The notes under the pieces are model-generated. The model saw only the letters and a program-made list of their open reading frames with translations, was not told the DNA's origin and did no database searches. DNA of 52,232 bases. Origin: Deltaproteobacteria bacterium. Lineage in GTDB: Bacteria; CG2-30-53-67. Made by a program: the position numbers and the translations under genes. Below are positions 47,479 to 52,232 of this stretch, in pieces. The number at the start of each line of letters is the position of its first letter. Position 1 is the stretch's first letter. The stretch lies in NCBI GenBank assembly GCA_013151235.1, contig JAADIO010000039.1, positions 1 to 52,232 of the forward strand, written 5' to 3'.

Positions 47479-48849
47479 ATGAAGCCGAAACTTCTAATCG
47501 TGGACGACGACGAAGGGATCCTCAAGCAGTTGAAGTGGGCTTTTGCCGATGAATATACGATCTTCCTCTCTTCCGACAAGTCGACGGCCCTGGAACTGTT
47601 GGCGGAACAGAAGCCGGACCTTGTGGCCCTGGACCTGGGCCTTTCCCCCCACATGAGCGGCAAGTCCGATGAGGAAGGTCTCGAAATTTTACAGCGGGTG
47701 CTGGAACAGGATCCCCTCACGAAGGCCATTATGATTACGGGGAACGAAGACAAGGCGTGTGCCATCCGTGCCATCCGGATGGGCGCGTACGATTATTATG
47801 CCAAGCCGATTGATATCGAAGAACTCCGGCTGCTTTTGAAACGTGCCCGGCACATCCAGGAACTCGAACGCGAGAACCGGATGATGCAGGAGTCGATGCT
47901 CCGGCAGAAACGATTCGGCGGGATGATCGGCTGCTCACCGGCCATGCAGGAGGTCTATCGCCAGATCGAAGGGGTGGCCGGCAGTAATGTAACCGTCCTG
48001 ATCGAAGGGGAGAGCGGGACCGGCAAGGAGCTGGCCGCCCGGGCGGTCCACGAAAAGAGCGATCGGTCTGCAAAGCCTCTGGTGGTGATCAATTGTGGGG
48101 CGATTCCGGAGAACCTTCTGGAATCGGAACTCTTCGGCCACGAGAAGGGGGCCTTCACCGGTGCGATGTCCTCCAGGGTCGGCAAGTTTGAACAGGCCGA
48201 CGGCGGCAGCATTTTCCTCGACGAGATCGGGGAACTTCCCCTGTCGCTCCAGGTGAAACTCCTTCGCTTCCTGCAGGAACATGAAATCGAACGGGTTGGT
48301 GGAAAACGTCCTGTTCAACTGGACGTCCGGGTCATCGCAGCGACCAACCGGGACCTTGAGGAGGAGGTGGAATCGGGCCGTTTTCGGAAGGACCTCTATT
48401 TCCGGTTGAACGTGGTCCGTATCGTTCTGCCTTTGTTGAAGGATCGGGTAGGGGATCGCCTCCTGCTGGCCAACCATTTTCTGCAGGTCTACCGGGCGGA
48501 ACGGAAAAAGAAAATCAACGGGTTTACCCCGGAGGCGGAGATCGCTTTGAAAACGGCGGAATGGGAGGGGAACGTGCGGGAGCTGGAAAACCGCATCCGC
48601 AAGGCGATTATTGTAACCCAGGGTCCCCTGATCTCGGAACGGGATCTGGATCTTGCCTGCCGTGAGGGAATGGTCCCCCTGCCCTTGAAAGAGGCCCGGG
48701 AGAAACTGGACCGGGAGTATATCCTCCTCGCCCTGAAAAGTTCCCAGGGCAACATCAGCAAGGCGGCCCGGGAGCTGGGGATCAGTCGTGTGACCCTCCA
48801 TGACATGCTGAAAAAATATGGGATTTCCGTCCGGGATGTGGAGTGCTGA
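47479..48849 (+). CDS. sigma54-dependent response regulator, PEP-CTERM-box PrsR-like
   Basis: KLLIVDDDEGILKQLKWAF, LDLGL, GESGTGKE, GAFTGA, HTH. Confidence 0.85.
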   Translation: MKPKLLIVDDDEGILKQLKWAFADEYTIFLSSDKSTALELLAEQKPDLVALDLGLSPHMSGKSDEEGLEILQRVLEQDPLTKAIMITGNEDKACAIRAIRMGAYDYYAKPIDIEELRLLLKRARHIQELERENRMMQESMLRQKRFGGMIGCSPAMQEVYRQIEGVAGSNVTVLIEGESGTGKELAARAVHEKSDRSAKPLVVINCGAIPENLLESELFGHEKGAFTGAMSSRVGKFEQADGGSIFLDEIGELPLSLQVKLLRFLQEHEIERVGGKRPVQLDVRVIAATNRDLEEEVESGRFRKDLYFRLNVVRIVLPLLKDRVGDRLLLANHFLQVYRAERKKKINGFTPEAEIALKTAEWEGNVRELENRIRKAIIVTQGPLISERDLDLACREGMVPLPLKEAREKLDREYILLALKSSQGNISKAARELGISRVTLHDMLKKYGISVRDVEC

Positions 48850-48892
48850 TTCTTCCCCGGGACGATGGGGTGAGGGGAGGTTGAGACGAACG

Positions 48893-49738
48893 ATGAAAAC
48901 GATTGAAACCGTATCCGAAATACAGAATGCCGCCCTTTCGTTGCGGGCGGCGGGACGGACCCTCGGTCTGGTTCCCACCATGGGGGCCTTTCATGAAGGG
49001 CACCTTTCCCTCATGCGGGCCGCCCGGGCGGAAAACGACGAGGTGATCGTGAGTCTCTTCGTCAATCCGGCCCAGTTCGGGCCTCGGGAGGACCTGGAAC
49101 GGTATCCCCGGAATCTCGGACGGGATATCGAACTGGCCCAGGGGGAAGGGGTCGACATCCTCTTCCTCCCGCCGGCGGAGGAGGTCTATCCGGAAGGTTT
49201 CTGTACGGAAGTCACGGTGAAGGGGCTGTCCGACCGTCTCTGCGGAGAGAACCGTCCCGGCCATTTTCAGGGGGTGACCACGGTGGTGGCGAAGCTCTTC
49301 CACCTCACTTGCCCGCATCGGGCCTATTTCGGTCTCAAGGATTTTCAGCAGAGCGTGGTGATCCGACGAATGGTGGAGGACCTGAATTTCAACCTTGAGA
49401 TTGTCACCCTCCCCACGGTCCGCGAATCCGACGGGCTGGCCATGAGTTCCCGGAATGCCTATCTTCCGGAAGAGGATCGGAAGGCCGCCCGATGTCTGAA
49501 AGAGGCCCTCGATCTTGCCGCCCATCAGATCGGGGAGGGGGAACGGAACGCCGATACCCTGCGCGGGACGATCCGGGAAAGGCTCGGCCGTGAAAAAGGG
49601 GTGGAGATCGATTATGTTTCGATTGCCGACCCATCGACCCTGCAGGAGGTCTCGGTCCTGTCCGGGGAGACGGTGATCGCTCTCGCGGTACGGATCGGCG
49701 GGACGAGGCTGATCGACAACATGCTGGTTCAACCCTGA
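48893..49738 (+). CDS. panC: Pantoate-beta-alanine ligase
   Basis: VPTMGAFHEGH, FVNPAQF, RPGHFQGV, FGLKDFQQ, GLAMSSRN, RLIDN. Confidence 0.97.
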   Translation: MKTIETVSEIQNAALSLRAAGRTLGLVPTMGAFHEGHLSLMRAARAENDEVIVSLFVNPAQFGPREDLERYPRNLGRDIELAQGEGVDILFLPPAEEVYPEGFCTEVTVKGLSDRLCGENRPGHFQGVTTVVAKLFHLTCPHRAYFGLKDFQQSVVIRRMVEDLNFNLEIVTLPTVRESDGLAMSSRNAYLPEEDRKAARCLKEALDLAAHQIGEGERNADTLRGTIRERLGREKGVEIDYVSIADPSTLQEVSVLSGETVIALAVRIGGTRLIDNMLVQP

Positions 49739-49743
49739 GATCA

Positions 49744-50319
49744 TCAAAGAAGGGGAAGGTCCATCCGGGCGAGCATTTCCGCCAATACCGGAAGCGGCAG
49801 TCCCACCACGTTGGTATAACACCCTTCGATTCCTTCCACAAAGAGGATTCCCTTTCCCTGGATTCCATAGGCGCCGGCCTTGTCCATCGGTTCCCCGGTG
49901 GAAACGTACCGTCCGATTTCGTCGTCGGTCAGTTCCCGGAAGTGAACCTGTGTTACTCCCACGGACTGTAAGGAGCGACCCGATGCGGTATCGATGACGG
50001 CGACCCCCGTAATCACCTCATGGATCCTTCCGGAGAGATGTCGGAGAATACGGCGGGCATCCTCACGGTCCCGGGGTTTTCCCAGGATCTCCCCGTCGAG
50101 GACGACGAGGGTGTCCGCACCGATCACGATCCCGTCGTTCAACTTCCCGGCCACATCGCATGCCTTGCCCCGGGCCAGGTTTTGCGCCACCTGCCGTGGC
50201 GGCACCCCCTCCTCCCGAATCTCGGGCAGATGACTTGTGATCACGTCGAAAACAAGGCCGAGCCCTCTCAGGAGTTCCTTCCGCCGGGGGGAGGCCGAGG
50301 CCAGAATGAGCTTTTTCAT
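49744..50319 (-). CDS. maf: Maf-family nucleoside triphosphate pyrophosphatase
   Basis: LILASASPRR, IGADT, ILGKP, DKAGAYGIQG, NVVGLP. Confidence 0.95.
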   Translation of the reverse strand: MKKLILASASPRRKELLRGLGLVFDVITSHLPEIREEGVPPRQVAQNLARGKACDVAGKLNDGIVIGADTLVVLDGEILGKPRDREDARRILRHLSGRIHEVITGVAVIDTASGRSLQSVGVTQVHFRELTDDEIGRYVSTGEPMDKAGAYGIQGKGILFVEGIEGCYTNVVGLPLPVLAEMLARMDLPLL

Positions 50320-50393
50320 GGTGGCAGCGTTCCTTTCCTCTCTGCTTTTGCTCAGACGGAACAGCAAGGAGGGTTATTGTTGGCCCTATGGAG

Positions 50394-51719
50394 TCAATCC
50401 GTTTTCCCTAAACGCATTCGATGATAACGAGCAATCTCCGATATGTGCTGATCGTTGACGCCGGCTTTCCTGGCAAACTCCGGCCATCCTTCCACGGCCC
50501 CGCGTACTTCACGGATGATTTTCAAAGGTTTTGGAATGCTGATCGATTCCCCTACAGTGAGAAGGTCCTCCGACACAAAGTGGTCACGTTTTCCGTTGAT
50601 GCTCATTTGATGCTGGTGGGTCCATTTGCCGGACGGATTGTGTGCATAAATGACATCAAAGGCCGGTGATAATTTCCACCGGCCGTCATCATTCATCAGA
50701 AAAGAAATATTCTTTGTGTGATCATCCTGATTGCGGGCGATCACATTAAAGACCATCCTCCGGTATTGTTGTATGGCGTCGGCTCTGCTTAATCGCAGTT
50801 TCCTCATCACTGCAAAAGCCTGTTCGTAACCATAAGCACCGGCAACCTTAAAGTCATAATGGGCCAGGCCGCACAACGACTGCATATGTATTTTCTCGCC
50901 GTTTTGGCGATCAAACCGTTTGGTCAGAAAGTGCGCCCGCCCGTTTTCCTCCAACAGACGGCACTCGGTCATATGAATACCGGCGGCTTTGGCCATCAAA
51001 TAATAGGCATATTCGATGCGGCCGTATCCTTTGGGTTCCCCAAGCTCGAGATCACGGACGTCATCGAATTTCAGTATCCAATAATCATAGCCATCCGGCA
51101 CATCTGCCTGCCCGGACACGACCTTCCCGGTCCTGTCATCCATGGCGATGACGGCTTTGGGACGTGCGCCACCCGCGGAAGTGCCGACACGGAGGATATC
51201 CATGATGGCTTCAGCGTTCTCCTTTTCGGTATTCCCGATCCCGACATCAAGAGTGAATCGGCGGGACATGACCTCTTGCGCTAAATCAACAAGTTCTGCA
51301 ATTTCCACGGGAACCGAACGATCCAGAGACCGGTTTACGGGGGGAGAAAACTCCAGGGCTCCCATGCCTCGCCTTCCGGTATAACAAAGACGTTCAACCG
51401 GGCTAAAGCTGTCTGCATCACGTCCGCTTCGAGCGAGCCAGGCATCAATCATCGCGTTCCCGAACTTATCGGGCAGTGCGTCGGCGAGTAATCCGGGCAG
51501 TCCCAGAAAGGTCTCCTTGTTCAGGCCGGGGAATGAAAAAACCCCATCACTCTTTTTTGCATCATCCAATCCCATATGTATGGGAGAGAGATCGAGTCCC
51601 TTTTTCAGGAAAGCGGGATCGTATTCAAAGACAGCATAGCCGCGGTCATTGAGCCATGAAACTGCCCCCACTTCTTCACCCCAAAGCTTGACGATTGCCG
51701 TGTCAACCCGATCTACCAT
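50394..51719 (-). CDS. hipA: HipA-family Ser/Thr kinase toxin
   Basis: DALPDKFG, GTSAGGARPKA, WILKFD, RFDR, NQDDHTKN, LSPAFD. Confidence 0.93.
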   Translation of the reverse strand: MVDRVDTAIVKLWGEEVGAVSWLNDRGYAVFEYDPAFLKKGLDLSPIHMGLDDAKKSDGVFSFPGLNKETFLGLPGLLADALPDKFGNAMIDAWLARSGRDADSFSPVERLCYTGRRGMGALEFSPPVNRSLDRSVPVEIAELVDLAQEVMSRRFTLDVGIGNTEKENAEAIMDILRVGTSAGGARPKAVIAMDDRTGKVVSGQADVPDGYDYWILKFDDVRDLELGEPKGYGRIEYAYYLMAKAAGIHMTECRLLEENGRAHFLTKRFDRQNGEKIHMQSLCGLAHYDFKVAGAYGYEQAFAVMRKLRLSRADAIQQYRRMVFNVIARNQDDHTKNISFLMNDDGRWKLSPAFDVIYAHNPSGKWTHQHQMSINGKRDHFVSEDLLTVGESISIPKPLKIIREVRGAVEGWPEFARKAGVNDQHISEIARYHRMRLGKTD

Positions 51720-52045
51720 TCCGTGTTCTCCCGGGAGCCGCGTTTGATCCGTTTCCCGGATGCCCTCCGTCGCTTAATACCCTTCTGTTTGGCCAGCTGT
51801 AATGGACTAATTGAGACCTCCGGAATAAAGCTGTCTAATGTATCCAGTGCTCCCAGTTCCCGGAGGACCGTGATGAGAGTCATCAATTTCCCTTTTCCTG
51901 ATTCAAGAGACTTGATGGTGTTGAGCGACAGGGCGGTCGCTTGCGACAACTGCTGCTGTGTTATGTTTTTGCGCAGGCGAAGAGACTTGATGCGACGGCC
52001 GATCTCGGTCTCGATCCCCCTGTCCGTCATTGAATAATAATCCAT
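51713..52045 (-). CDS. XRE/HipB-like HTH antitoxin
   Basis: IKSLRLRKNITQQQLSQATALSLNTIKSLESG; overlaps the hipA start. Confidence 0.88.
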   Translation of the reverse strand: MDYYSMTDRGIETEIGRRIKSLRLRKNITQQQLSQATALSLNTIKSLESGKGKLMTLITVLRELGALDTLDSFIPEVSISPLQLAKQKGIKRRRASGKRIKRGSRENTEW

Positions 52046-52104
52046 AATAGCCTCCTGTTGGGCTATTAATAGGCATAATATGATAAAAAGCCTTATTAAA
52101 GGTT

Positions 52105-52132
52105 ATTATACGTAGACAATAAAATATGTCAA
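52105..52132 (-). promoter_or_regulatory. sigma70 promoter of the hipBA operon
   Basis: Minus strand TTGACA-16-TATAAT; inverted repeat taatagcc/ggctatta (52045-52068) brackets the RBS. Confidence 0.6.
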
Positions 52133-52140
52133 GTCAAAAC

Positions 52141-52194
52141 ATGATGGTGTCGTAAAAAGTCGTTTTTCGGATTCCGTTCATGGTTCGACAGGCT
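52141..52194. repeat. Left half of the REP/MITE-like element, interrupted by the IS
   Basis: atgatggtgtcgtaaaaagtc...ccgttcatggttcgacaggct, matching 21065-21118. Confidence 0.85.
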
Positions 52195-52232
52195 GATATG
52201 GTTGACAGTTGTCAAGAAAAAAAAGTACTCCT
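52195..52232 (-). mobile_element. Second copy of the same IS right end, in inverted orientation
   Basis: Exact reverse complement of 34-71. Confidence 0.55.

Noticed and set aside
1-52232. Whole window as a composite transposon or prophage
   Set aside because: No transposase, integrase or phage genes inside, many housekeeping genes, and the matching ends are most simply assembly breaks at a multicopy IS.

Overview
A 52-kb bacterial region, probably a whole contig from an anaerobic or microaerobic Gram-negative chemolithotroph; taxonomy cannot be assigned from the sequence alone. It holds two large energy/carbon modules about 3 kb apart. (1) 2.4-18.4 kb is a thiosulfate-oxidation island: a porin, soxW-X-Y-Z-A-B with no soxCD, a tandem PhnD-like binding protein plus sensor kinase plus sigma54 activator, then yeeE-DUF302-soxW-tolC-MFP-tusA. 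Three of its transcription units share a sigma54 promoter and a TGT-N10-ACA box. (2) 21.5-49.7 kb is a Wood-Ljungdahl supercluster: metV/metF, cooC, acsE/D/C/B, CODH, HylC/HylB with a selenocysteine formate dehydrogenase, fhs and an AcsV/RACo activator. It is interleaved with folate and CoA genes: a FolE with active-site substitutions, an intein-split ThyX, panB, panG and panC. HicBA and HipBA toxin-antitoxin pairs lie near the two ends. Both ends run into the same IS1111/IS110-like element end, inserted at the same position of a REP-like palindrome that also occurs uninterrupted inside the window. All gene calls come from motif recognition, not database searches.
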